Source: Phyllosticta citribraziliensis (lineage: Eukaryota). Taken from it: a stretch of 64,000 nt of DNA. The translations under genes and the position numbers were made by a program. A model generated the notes under the pieces. The model was given only the letters and a program-made list of their open reading frames with translations. It was not told where the DNA came from and did no database searches. The first letter of the stretch is position 1. Every line of letters starts with the position of its first letter. Positions 48,642 through 61,534 of this stretch are shown here, in pieces. The stretch covers positions 124,001 to 188,000 of the forward strand of contig NW_027117346.1 of the NCBI RefSeq assembly GCF_038025025.1, written 5' to 3'.

Positions 48642-50457
48642 CTACAATTTAGGACGAAACGTCTCATCCCTCCCCATAGCCCTCTCAATCGCCTCCAGCG
48701 CCGCCATAACCTTCTCATCATGATTGCGGCGCCCAATGACCTGCAGACTAACCGGCGCACCCACATACCTCTCGGGGTAGTACAGCTCGTGGTTAAGTTT
48801 GTCCTGGTCGTTCATCGGGACGTAGCTGTCGTCGCGCTTGTCCTTGACCGGGTCGACAAACGTCACGGGGAAGACGACGCCGGGGTAGTCGAGTAAGTTC
48901 CATTGAGCTGTGTACGGCCAGTAGCGCGAGCACTCGTGCGGCGGCGCCGCGCCGGGCGTCGCCGGGCACAGGATGACGTCGACTTCGTGGCCGTCGTGGG
49001 CGCCGGTGGCGGACCAGTGCGCAGCGTAGTCGGCGCGGTAGTTGTCGCGCTCGCGGCAGAGCTAGCCAAAGCGTCAGTCTGTTCTTCTTTCCTTGTCGTT
49101 TGGGGAGAGTGTGTTGACTTACGGCCCACAGCTCCTGGATTGAGAGCTTCTTGACTCCGGGCTGATTGATGATCCACTCGGTCAGGGGGAGCAGCGGCTC
49201 GCCGCTCTCTTGGATGACTTCGATTGTGTCCTCCCCGCCGTCCGGGAAGTACAGCCGCGAGAGAATATTCCATGCTTTAGCATGATCCAAGGAGACCCAA
49301 TCCACAATTTTCATGCCGGCCGCACGGCACGCGTCCGAAACCTCGCGCATGGCGCGAATCATCGGCGGATGCGGCTTGACGACGCCATCCCACCACTGGA
49401 CGGCAACCTTCAGGGGGCGATCCAGCTTGACGGGCGTCCACAGTTTCGGGAACAGAGTGGGGTCGTGGCGCCAGGGCTCCGTCTTCAAGACGAGGTCCAT
49501 GAACAGGTTGATGGTCTCGCGGCTGCGGGTCAGGGGGCCAAACGTCGGGATGACGGTCTCGTTGCCCAGCATGGTGCACTTCATGCCGCTGAGGGGCAGG
49601 CGGCGCGAGGTGGGCTTGAAGCCGTAGACGCCGTTGTTGGACGCTGGGCAGCGGATGCTGCCGCCTATGTCGCCGCCCATGCCGAGTACGCTGCCTCCCA
49701 TGCCAAGCAGCGCGCCCTCGCCGCCAGACGACCCGCCGGGCGTCAGGTCGCGGTTCCACGGGTTCACCGTCAGCCCGGTGACGTTGTTGTTGCACTCGAG
49801 CTGCATCGTGCTTTGTGGCTCCGTGGTCCTCACGTAGAAGACGCATCCTGACGCGTACAGGATGTCGTTGATGGCGTTTGGGACGCTGGGCCCCCCGATC
49901 CAGGCAATGTAGCTGGCGTGGCATGGCTTGTCGCGCATGCCGTGCTGCTGCTTGATGGAGATGGGCAACCCGTGCAGCGGCCCCAGCGGCTTGGAGAGCG
50001 AATCCAGGTAGCGAGCTTGTGAAAGGTCAGTCTGTCTCCTTCATTGTCTTCCCGTTTCGAGAGCAGATCTCAACTCACCGCGCGTTATAGCTTCATCCCA
50101 CATAAGCTCCGTTACGCAATTGACCTACTCAAATCTCAGCACAAACCCCAACCACCAACCTCCCAATTCTCCCCGTCGAGCCAAACTTACAGCATATTGC
50201 GCCAGCACAGCATGTCTCAAAAACGCGCGCGTCAGCTCCTCCGACGACAACTCGCGCCGCCGCAGCATCCCCAGCAGCTCAATGGCATCGAAGTTGTGCG
50301 TGAGCTCATACTCGCGCGCCGTGAGGTACTTTTTCGGCAGCCCCTGCGAGCTCAACGGCAGCGGGTCCGGCAGCTTTCCAATCGGCGGGTCGACTTTGGC
50401 GAGCGAGGCGTCGCGATAGTCGCGGGCGTGCTGAGACTTTTCTTTCCAGTCGCTCAT
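48642..50457 (-). CDS. Amidase signature family enzyme (acetamidase-like)
   Basis: NCVTE, GPLHGLPISIK (catalytic Lys), PGGSSGGEG, GDIGGSIRCPA, YTAQWNLLDYP, GAPVSLQVIGRR. Three introns inferred. Confidence 0.93.
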
Positions 50458-51573
50458 GGTGTTCGCAAGCTATTCACAGTTAGAAAACGCGACGAAAAGA
50501 TATCTAGAATTCCGGAGTGGACGAGAAAAATAATGGCGGCATGTCGACCGATTTTACCCCTCAACCCATTCTTGAATATCTATCTTCTGCGCCTGCACCG
50601 GTTGCATCTCCTATCGCCTCCGTATCAGCGTGTAAGCGGGGTACAGTCTCTGCGATCAAATGTACCCGCCTGTCCTGCGGGGTTTAAGGTTATGATGAAA
50701 GGTGGGAGGCGGAGCGCCGCGCTCTCTCCGCTGGGACTCCGCTGCCATGGCTTCCCAGGTGTCCCATTTGCCATTTTGGGGGGAAATCTGGTCGTACTCG
50801 CGGCTCTGGCTGTGGCTTCCAAAGCACGAGCATTCGTTTTCGAGGACCATGGCGTCTAAGAAATGATGGCAAGGAGAAGTGTGCTTCTAACAAGATTATT
50901 GTCCCAACTCCTTGTTCTGAAATGTTGCTTGCTGATGTTGTTATCTAGCTTTGTTCGAGTATGCAAGAGTCTGCATGGCCAGAGGAACTCAACCGCAGGG
51001 ATCCTATCAACGGATCTGGATCCAGTCGTGGAGCATCCAGCCGTGGAGCCTCGAATCCAAATAATGCGTGTCATCGAGAGGCAGGACCACGGCAAAGCCA
51101 AACATCACCGAAGAGAAAACCGACTCCTCTTCCCCCTCGAAACCCTGTGGACATGATCCATGTGCATTACGTTTTGCGTTCCTGACGCCACGACAGTCAC
51201 AACCATCTTGGCAAGCAACCACCAACATCGAGGGGTTAGTAAACAACAGGCAAAAGGATCCACGGGCCAGGAGCACTATTCCTGGGTCAACAGCCAATCG
51301 CAATGTCTGCAACAAACTCTGTTTACAAGCGCATCTGGTGGCGGGGCAAAGTCTCCCGAGCTTGCTTGGTCGATAGTCGACAAGCCAATCAAGACGGACG
51401 GAACCTGCCTGCGCTTAATTCAACACCCGCCTCCATTGATTGCGATAAGGCACTCACGCTGGGGAAGAGAACAGCAGTCTTGCTCGGCACGATTGCGAGG
51501 GGCCACAAGCCTCGAGTGCAAGATCTGTCCCCCCATCTCCGTAACGGTTGGTTCTGTAGCTTGGAAGGCCTCT

Positions 51574-53799
51574 ATGCCGCCCAATGACCTCCAGAACGCC
51601 GAGATGAGCGGGGCCAATCTACCAGGTATGCGCGCCCCCCATCTTGCAATCCGCAGCAAAGAACTGATGTCGAGGACGAACTGAAAGCCAGAAACCGCAT
51701 CGCCCACGCGTGCGCGAGCTGCCATGCGCGCAAAATTAAGTGCGACCTGACGGCGCGACGAGGGCCGCCCTGCAGTCGCTGCGAAGACTCGGAGCTGCCC
51801 TGCAACGTCATGGTACGGCGGCGGCGAATGATTCGAGCCGTCGAGTCGGTCTCGCGAGAAGTCGTAGAGTAAGTAAGTTCCGTTCGCAAAAGCAAGACGC
51901 CAGCCACGGAAGAGGAAGAAGAAGCGGGAACTAAGGCAAAAGGAAAAAAGTGCAGCGGCGGCGGCGGCGGCCTTTGGCAATCATCCCCACGCCCACCAGA
52001 CGTCCGTCGAAACTCCGAATACGGTCAGCATAGTCAGCAACAGCAGCGAGAAGACGACAACGACGAAGACGACGACGACGACGGGCGAGCTGTTCAGCAG
52101 TCTGGGCCCCAGCGACCGGCCGCGGCGCTTCGAGGTCAGCGGGCTCAACGACATCTCGAAGCAAAAGTCGATCCTGCTCGAGTTCCTGTCGCAAGACTTC
52201 CATGAGGCGGCCGACATCAGCGACTACCAGCCGACCTTCATCGACGAGTACGCCAGCGTCACGCGCCTGCTGGGGCGCGAGTTTGGCCGCGGCTTCGCGG
52301 CCGGCGTATACCATTTCCGCGACGCCCCTGGCATCCCGCGCACCGTCACTTCGGGCATCCCGCGCACTATCACGTCGACGGAGCGCCAGGTGCTGGATCA
52401 CTATGGAGCGTTCATGCTGCCGAGCGCGCCCATCGCCGACGCCTTCATCACGGCCTTCTTTGACCGCGTCTTCCCCACCATGCCCATCATGGACCGCGGG
52501 ACGTTCTTGAAGAACTACTACGGCGTGGGCGGCGCCGCCGCGAGGAAACTGTCTCTTCTGCTCATTCAGGCCGTCATGCTGGCCGGCTCCGTCGTCTACA
52601 ACCACCCGGATGTCCAGCTGCTGCCGGACGAGGTGTCGAGCCGGCTTCACGCGCGCGCCAAAGCCCTCATCAACACCAACTTCGAGCAGGACCGGCTGGT
52701 GCTCGTGCAGGCGCACCTGCTGATCGGATCGATGACCAATGACAGTTGCGACGACACGATCAACAACATGTGGCTCTCGCTCGGCACGGCGGTGCGCATC
52801 GCGCAGGGCATCGGCCTGCACCGCGACCTGGGACGGGCCAAAGCCAGCCTGGCCATGCGCCGGCAGTGGAAGCGCATCTTCTGGACCCTCTTCATCCACG
52901 ACAGCATCTGCTCGTTCGAATGGGGCCGCCCGCGCGCCATCCACCTGGCAGACACGGACGTGCCGCTACCCAGCGAGGCCGACTTCAGCCCGGACGAGCC
53001 GGGCGGGCTGCCATCGACCGAGCACATCCAGTTCTTCCTCTCGCTGTGCCAGCTGTGCTTCCTCATTGTTGAGTGGATGGAGCTGCTGCGGCCGGGCCGC
53101 ATGGCCTGGGGCAGCCACGGCGGCGGCAGCAGCAGCAGCGCCTCCTCCGAGGAGCCGTACGTCGACCAGACGGCCAGCGTGCGCCTGGAGCTGGAGACGT
53201 GGCTCGCGGAGCTGCCGCCCGCCATGCAAGCCCCGGCCGACGGCGCCAGCGGCTTCGCGCTGTGGCCGGGCACGCTGCACATTGCGTACTACGCCGTGGT
53301 GCTGCGGCTATACGCGTCGTTGACGGGCGCCGCAGCCGCAGAAAAGGTGCACACGGCCGCAGAGCGCATCCTCGACATCGGCAAGGACCTCGCGGCGCAG
53401 AACCTGCTCGAGTCGCTGTGGGGCTTTGGCCTGCACCAGCTGGACCTGGCAGTGGGGCAGCATGCGCGCGAGACCAAGTCGGCCGAGCAGGGCGTCGCGG
53501 AGAGCGCGCTGGGCCGGCTGAGGGAGGGCGTGCATCTTTTGCGTGAGGTGTGTCAGCGCAGCTCGACTGCCGCGCAGGGCCTCGCTTTCTACGAGGCGCT
53601 GTTGGAGGGCCGCAATACGGGCCACGAGGGTGAGGCAGCGGGTGAGGCCGATGAAGCGAGCGAGGAGTCGGCGGGCCCAATGGCGTCGGGGTTGCAGCAG
53701 CCTGACTTGAGGCTGGCAGGCTCATGGGGGGCTGCTCGGTGGAGTGGCGATGATCTGGCGAGCCTGGGGTTTCTGGATTGGAACGCTCAATGGACGTAG
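51574..53799 (+). CDS. Zn(II)2Cys6 transcription factor with fungal-specific middle domain; 5' structure uncertain
   Basis: ACASCHARKIKCD...PPCSRCEDSELPC at ~51708-51803; AVRIAQGIGLHRD...KRIFWTLFIHD...WGRP in the 52390-53799 ORF. Confidence 0.88.
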
Positions 53800-54071
53800 T
53801 GCTTGCTTCTTTTCTGTCCGACAATTGATAGAAGGCTGGAAGAGTGTATTGTGATGGGTAAGTCGAGATGCCGGTAGTTACTTCCAAAGCGGTAGGCAAA
53901 CGGGAAGATTGCGTGTCACTAGAGGAGCACGGAGCACGGAGAATGGAAGCATTCAGCTTGAATATGCCGACATGAGTCGAACAAGTGTACAGCGAACAAG
54001 TCTGCCCCAGAAAGCGCTCGAAAAACCAGAATATTTCCTGCCCACAAATAAGCAACACACAACGCACCAAC

Positions 54072-55915
54072 TTACACCTTGCTATCCTGCTTGGGGTGCA
54101 CAACCTGAACCGTGGCGACGCCCTCGGACTGCGCCTTCTTCATCCTCTCATGCTCAATGACGTCTTCCGGAACGAGCCCCATGACGGCCGCCTCTTCTTC
54201 GATGCGGCGCGGCACAATGACCGCCTCCTCCAAAAAGTAGTTGGTCTCGCGGACGTAGAACCAAATGACGCCGTACAGACTGACCAAGCCCACTGCGTAG
54301 AGGCAGAGCTGTATGATGGTCTGCGTGAGATACGAGATGCCCTCCGAGTCCATGACAAACGAGACGCACATGCCGAGACTGACGGTGCCCTTGAACGCTC
54401 CCGCGTACCTCGCACACAAGACCGGGTCATTCGTGAGGGCGCTCATGGTCCACTGGACGCAGATCTGGAACGTGGCGTAGACGATGCCAAACAAGAGGTA
54501 CAGAATGAAGCCCGAGGCGAAGCTCGGGTCGCTCCAGTCGATGCCGGGCGCCGGGTCGTTGGCGTCGATGTCGTTGACGATGATCCAGATGAGCAGACCT
54601 ACCGTGGCGCCCATGGTGATGACGCCCATCATGAGGGAGCCCATCATGCCCTTCTTGCGCCGGCTCTTGATCCGCTTGTTGTCCATGACCCAGGCCATGG
54701 CTAGGGGCGTGGGGATCATGATGAATTGGAATAAGAGATTGGTCAGGGAGCGCGTGCGGAGGTTGAAGTAATGTCCTACAGCAGGTCATTAGCTGGGAGG
54801 CTCCGGCAGGGGAGCATTCATGTACCGTTGATACTGCTCACGAGCGCGAGGCACATCTCGCCTACGAACATGGCGGGCAGGAGGAGGATGATCTTTTTGT
54901 CGAGCAGAACGCTCAAGACGCCCTTCATTTCCTCCTTGAACGACGGCTGCTTGAAAATGGCAATGTGGGTCCCGTCATCGCGCACAATGTCTTTTGGCTC
55001 AACGATGCAGAACGTTGCAATGACCATGGCGCTGCGTGGAAGGTCAGTCTCTCGTCCACTTTTGGAAACAAGTGTCGTGCCGACTCACCAGCCCATGATG
55101 AGCAGGAAGATGACCCAAACTGCTGTCGTGACGCCCGTCACTTCGGTCTTGTCGTGATTGACGCCAAAGGCAATCAAAGCGCCGACAGTGCTTCCCGAAG
55201 ACGTCAAAACCCACTGCCAGGTAATGTACTGTATTGGCGTTAGCTACAAGTCGTTCATACCGCTCCCGAATGGCACGCTGGCAGGGTCCAGGGAGCATTC
55301 GTTCGCCCGCGGGCACCTTTCTGGTCACCGCTTCCCTTCCGCCGGCCAAGACGCTTCGTCCCGTCGCAGCTCACGCTTTCGAGCGGCATGCGAAAGGGAT
55401 CCTCAGGGGTAAAGTCCATCTCCAACCAACGTCACCAACTTACCATGGCTTTCTCAGACTCTTCAGCGTATGCAAATTGAATGAATCCCGAAGTCGTCCA
55501 TAGACAGGCCGCACAAAAGCCTGATTTCAAATGAGTGCCCAAGACATGTATCTTTAGTCGATTCGGTCTCACCCAGAATGAATCCAGCCGTCAGGGGAAA
55601 CCATTGATGTGCAGTCTTATCATAATACCACAGTGCACCAGCATACAGCGGATATCCAATGGAACCAAGCAGAATGGTCTTCTTCGGCTTCAAAAAGTTC
55701 AAGATGGAGCCGGCTATCCAGCCAAAGAAGGCATAAGGGCCATAGAGGATGGAATTGGTGAGCGAGGCCACGTGCTGAGATGAGGGTTTTCCGCCGCCGG
55801 CCCCCAAAGCAGTGAGGGCGAGGTAAATGCCTGGGAGGCAGAAGAGGATGGTGCCCATGATGAAGTTTTGGTTGAAGGGGCGATTGAGCCGCCATTTGCT
55901 TTGCGGGGCGGGCAT
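54072..55915 (-). CDS. MFS transporter, UNC-93-like family
   Basis: FCLPGIYLALTALGAGGG, LGSIGYPLY, IVRDDGT, FNLRTRSL, WTMSALTND...ARYAGAFKG; many hydrophobic helices; several introns. Confidence 0.88.
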
Positions 55916-56401
55916 ATTGGCGGCGGCGGCGGCGGCGGCGAGGCTTGACTGTGCAGGCGCGAGAGCAGCAGGAACCGTTCAGGAAAGATGTGTCAAGATG
56001 GGCGGCGATTCGGCAGGCTTAAAGGAGCATTCGGTGCAGAGTCTGATAGATAGGGTGGAAGTCTCGCAGTTGATAGGACCCCTGCTCGAATGTAGTCCAT
56101 GTTGTTCTTGTTCGCAGGTTTAACCTTCGCGATGGGGCAGACCAGGATGGTGTTTGTTTGGTGGTTGGTGGACGGGGAGGCTATCACAAATGGAAATGGC
56201 GACCCCGCAACCCCAATCTCGGTGCTGGGACGGGCTCGGAGCGGGAGCGGGAGCGGCGGCCTCCCGGTCCCCGTTGCGGGATCGCCGCGGCGCCTGCTCA
56301 TTTTGGGGACTTGGGAGATATATCAGTCTTGGGTAGAGCGGGTAGGAGCATATCAACTCACGGCTGATAGTGAATCGCTCGCACCAAAGAATTCGCCCAC
56401 C

Positions 56402-57571
56402 ATGGTTGCAGAAGTCCAGCGTCCTCCTGCTCCGCCCATCAATGCCGACTTTCATCCTCCGGATGTCCGCTACAACGACGTTTACATCTCTTTTGATCGC
56501 ATCCAAGAGGCTCACAAGCCCAACAAATGGCCCGCACGCAAGCACATCAAGGTACCCGAGTACCCTGCCACGGCGTCCCCTGACGAGATAGTCGCTGGCA
56601 TGAAGGTCGCGGGAGGCGCCATTGTGCGCAATATTCTGTCGCGAGAATCCATAGTACAGATGGAACGCGATCTACGACCATACCTCGAAGCCGACGAGCC
56701 TTGGGAAGCTGGCACCTTTTTTCCGCCATCGACGAGACGCGCCTTTGGGCTTGTTGGCAAGTCGGATGCCGCGGCGACAGACTTGATCGGCAACGAGCTG
56801 TACCAAGCCGTGTCTCGGCGTTTCTTGACGACCAAGGCCTACAAATGGTAAATTTGCTCAAGGTCTCCAAAACCCAGCCTTACTCACTGGGGTCCAGGTA
56901 CGGCAACTCAAGCGAACTCAATGTCAGCTTGCCGCAAGTCAACAATACCATTGCATTTTCGGTCCGGCCGGGCATCAGCTACAACCAGCCATTGCATCGA
57001 GACGACGATATCCACTACCCGGACCGCCAACGCGTCGAAGTGTACCCCGAGCAGACCAACTCGCGCGACTACGGAGTTGGATTTTTTGTCGCTGGCACAA
57101 AGAGCACGAAGGCCAACGGGGCGACAAGATTCATCCCGGGATCGCATCTCGAAGCGACCGAACACCCGCCGGATGAAAGTTTTGCAGCGTACGCCGAGCT
57201 GGACGTGGGCGATGGGTTCATGATGCTGAGCAGTTGCTACCACGGCGGCAGCGCAAACACGACCAAGGACGAAGAACGTCTGCTCTTCAGCTGCTTCATG
57301 ACGAGGGGATTTCTCAGGCAGGAGGAGAACCAATATATTGCCGTACCCGTAGAGCGCGCAAAACAGCTGCCAGTTCGGATCCAAAAGCTGCTCGGGTACA
57401 CAATCAGCGAGGTAAGCGGCCTTTTCGAGCGGATTGACAGGATTGAGAACTGATTTGCGACAGCCAATGCTAGGATGGGTAGAGTTTAAGGATCCGCGGG
57501 TGTTGTTGGACGAGAATGCGCCGCGCGTCGCTCATGGAGAAGGGCACGCAAAAGAGGAGCAGGACATTTGA
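56402..57571 (+). CDS. Phytanoyl-CoA dioxygenase (PhyH) family Fe(II)/2-oxoglutarate oxygenase
   Basis: QPLHRDD, TKANGATRFIPGSH, YHGGSANTT...R, GFLRQEENQY; introns 56848-56897 and 57412-57463. Confidence 0.92.
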
Positions 57572-58285
57572 GTGTGAGTGCTGTAGCATGAACAAGACCA
57601 ATAGCAATGCACGGCGTCCCAACGAGGTGAAAATAAGCGCGTGGTTCGACAGATGACGTTGGATGTGCATCTGTTGAGAAGATCCAGATTGTCCGGGGGT
57701 GGAGCTGTAGCGCGGAGTGGAGGGAGTGGAGACTGGGGGGCCGGGATCAGCAGCTGGCACTTGCTCCCTGGGGCATCATCGATCCGGCTCCTTGAGGGTG
57801 AGCTGACGGTGGTTTCTTTGTCTCCAAACTCTAACGGAGGGATGCGACAGTCGACGAAGGAGCAATTGGACATTGCTGCGGGATCGAGAGGGCGACCCGG
57901 CCATCTGGCGTGCGGTGCGGGTGAGGTGGTGCACTGCGATGGCTGCTCACCGCCGATAAGGAAGCTATCGTCAAGCTAGTCCCATCTCCGTCTCCATCCC
58001 AGTCCTCCGTTCCTGCATGTACGCCCGCCTCTTCGACTCCCTCCAAGCTCAAAACCTTTCTCCACCCCGTTTCCGGCTTTTCCTCTCCTCCTCCCTCCTT
58101 CACTCGTCATCCATCCGCCGACATTCGCCATCATTCACGCCCATCTTTGTTCGCGCATCACGACTAGCTCATTGCTTGCATTTGCATTACACAGCGCAAT
58201 CCTGCTTTACCTTTGTCGGTCCCTTTGAAGCCCCGCACCATCAACCTTCGCCACTTGATCCCTCCAACCATTTGACCCGCCCGTC

Positions 58286-59813
58286 ATGGTTCTGGTCGAC
58301 AATCAAGAATATCTCTGCGAGGAGGAGAAGCGCCTGTTGGAGGACAAGAAGCGCGAGCGCTACTGGAAGAAATGGGGTCCCTACGTCGCCGAGAGACAGT
58401 GGGCCACGGTCCGTGAGGACTACTCGCATGATGGAGACGCCTGGAGTCACTTTTCACACGACATGTCCCGCTCCCGTGCCTATCGTTGGGGCGAAGACGG
58501 CATTGCTGGCATCTCCGACACCCACGGCCTCCAAAACGTCGCCTTTGCCTTTTGGAACGAGAAGGAGTGGGTCTCACTCTTTCCATTCCATCTTGACACG
58601 GCCTGACGCTCTGCAGTGACTTTCTCAAGGAACGCCTCTTTGGTCTTTCAAATCCCCAAGGCAATCATGGCGAGTCCGTCAAGGAAGCCCATTTTCACCT
58701 CGACAACACCCCCACGGCAAGTCTCCCATTCATCCTTGCCGAACTCTCAGCTAATGATCCCAGCATTCGTACATGAAATTCCTCTACAAGTACCCTCAGC
58801 GCCGCTTTCCCTACGAAGATCTCATAAAGGAGAATGCAAGACGGGGTAAACAGGACAGGGAGTACAACATGGTCGATACTGGCGTCTTTGACGATGACAG
58901 GTACTGGGACATCTTCATCGAGACGGCCAAGGAAGCGGACGACGAAGAGGAATTGCTCTTTCGTATTACTGCCTACAACCGAGGACCTGATCCGGCCCCG
59001 CTGCACATTGTCCCGCACGTTTGGTTTCGAAACACTTGGACGTGGGGTCACGAGTCGCCGGACAAGAAGCCCTCGATCCGGAAGCTGAGCGGGACCGCCG
59101 CCGTGTCAAATCACCACAAGCTCGGAGAGAGATACTTTCAGTTGTCGCCGTCTCCTGGTATCGGTCCCAGCGGCGAGGATGTGCAGCCCCAGCTGCTCTT
59201 CACCGAAAACGACACCAACTTCCAGAAGCTCTGGGACGGGAAGAACCCTCAACCGTACGTGAAGGATGCCTTTCACCGGCGCATTTGCGACGAGCAGAAG
59301 AGTGCCGTCAACCCAGACAACGTTGGCACCAAATCCGCTGCCTGGTATGCGTTCGACGAGGGCGAAGGTGTCGCTCCCGGCGAGTGTGCCGTCGTGCGTT
59401 TCAGGCTCTCAAAAAGATACGACGGATACCTCGACGAAGAGCTGTTTGACGAAATCATGGAGCAGCGCATCCTCGAAGCCGACGAATTCTACTACCGCAT
59501 CAATCCCATTCCAATGGCCGATGACCTGCGTAACATTCAGCGTCAGGCGTTTTCTGGCATGCTGTGGTGCAAACAGTACTACCACTTCGTCTGGGACCAG
59601 TGGGCCAATGGCGATCCCAACATGCCTCCGCCTCCGCCGGGAAGAAAAGACGTGCGCAACAAGAATTGGAAGCACATGCATCTGGATGACATTCTGTCAA
59701 TGCCAGACTCGTGGGAGTATCCCTTCTTCGCCGCGTGGGACAGCGCCTTTCACTGCATCCCGTTGGCCATGATCGACCCCGACTTTGCGAAGAAGCAGCT
59801 TGATCTTTTCACT

Positions 59814-59848
<35 letters not shown>

Positions 59849-61534
59849 AGCCTACGAATGGAACTTTGGCGATGTCAATCCTCCTGTGCACGCTTGGTCG
59901 ACGTTCAGGGTATTCAAGATTGAGCGCAAAATGTACGGGCACGAAGACTGGGATTTCCTCGAACGCGTCTTTCAGAAGCTGCTCCTCAACTTTACCTGGT
60001 GGGTCAACCGAAAAGACTTTGACGGCAAAAACGTCTTCGAGGGCGGTTTCTTGGGACTCGACAACATTGGCCTGTTCAACAGGTCTGATCCATTGCCGAC
60101 TGGTGGTGTGCTGGAACAGGCCGACAGCACTGGTTGGATGGCGTTTTACTGCCTGTGCATGCTCAACATTGCGCTGGAGTTGGCCAAGAAACGCCGCATC
60201 TATGAGGATATCGCGTCAAAGTTCTTTGAGCATTTCATTCTCATCAGCGACGCGATGCAGTACCGAAGCGGCGGCGAAGAAAAGTCTCTCTGGAACGAAG
60301 AGGACGGCTTCTACTACGACGCCATCTCCTGGGGTGGTCCGTGGAGCCATCAGATGCCCGTTAGGTCCCTTGTTGGCCTCATCCCTCTGTACGCTACCTT
60401 GACGCTGGAGCCCGAGGTCATCAACTCGCTTCCCAACTTCAAACGTCGCATGGAGTGGTTTATTGAAAATCGCCACGACATGGCAGAGCGCAATATTGCA
60501 AGCATGCGCCGTCGTGGAAAGGGTGAGAGGTTGCTGCTTTCTTTGGTCAGCGAAGATCGCTTGAAGAAGATTTTGAAGCGCATGCTCGACGAGGACGAGT
60601 TCTTTGCAGACCACGGCATCCGGTCATTGTCCAAGTACCACAAAGACCACCCCTACTCCATGGATGTCAACGGCCAGCGTTTCCAAGTCAGTTACGTTCC
60701 CGGCGACTCCGACAGCGGACTCTTTGGTGGCAACAGCAATTGGCGTGGTCCTATTTGGCTTGCAGTCAACTTTTTGCTCGTCGAATCCCTCCTCCGTTTC
60801 TACATGTTCTATGGCAACAACCTGCAAGTGGAATGTCCCACTGGTTCAGGAGACTTTATGCATCTTGGCCACGTAGCAGAGGAGGTCCAGCACAGACTTC
60901 AGCATCTCTTTGTCCGCGGAGAAGATGGCAGACGTGCAATCAACGCTGGAAACGAGATGCTCGACTACGACCCGCACTGGAAGGACTACATGTGGTTCCA
61001 CGAGTTCTTTGATGGCGATACCGGCAGGGGTCTGGGAGCAAGTCACCAGTGCGGATGGACTGGACTGATTGCGAAGATGATCCACGACACTGGGTAAGTC
61101 CTTTCCATGTTGGCTGAACGGCAACAACGCTAACATTCTTCAGTATTCGATGCCGCCTCCCGCAGACGCCGCGCACTCCGTCCACTGCCGCGGCGCACTA
61201 CTTTGATGACATTTTCCACAAGTACAAGCCGTCAAAGCCGACATTCCGCCGTTCGTCGACAAGCCGCTCGATTGGAAAGCTGGAAGACTTGCAGATCGAC
61301 GACCGCAACGGCAACGGCAACGCCATCGCCGACGAAGAGCTCGAGTCGCCCGTCAAGCCCATGAAACGCGTCAACTCAGTCGGCTATTTTGACGAGGCGG
61401 CCATTGAGAAGAAGAGGCAGATTGACGAGCAGGTTGCCGGCTACATCAGCGGCAAGCTGCAGCGGATGAAGAGCCACGAGTCGGCCGGAGAGGACATGAA
61501 CGACGAGCTCGAGGCGCAGCTTGACGGCGCCTGA
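58286..61534 (+). CDS. Glycoside hydrolase family 63-like protein (yeast YMR196W-like)
   Basis: [77 protein letters not shown]. Introns 58567-58616, 58717-58763 (GC-AG), 61094-61143. Confidence 0.93.

Noticed and set aside
52330..52377. 24-bp duplication in the TF gene (GIPRTVTS GIPRTITS)
   Set aside because: Real but a minor in-frame duplication with no evident significance.
51931..54103. 337-aa and 346-aa minus-strand ORFs
   Set aside because: GC-rich antisense shadows of the Zn2Cys6 gene.
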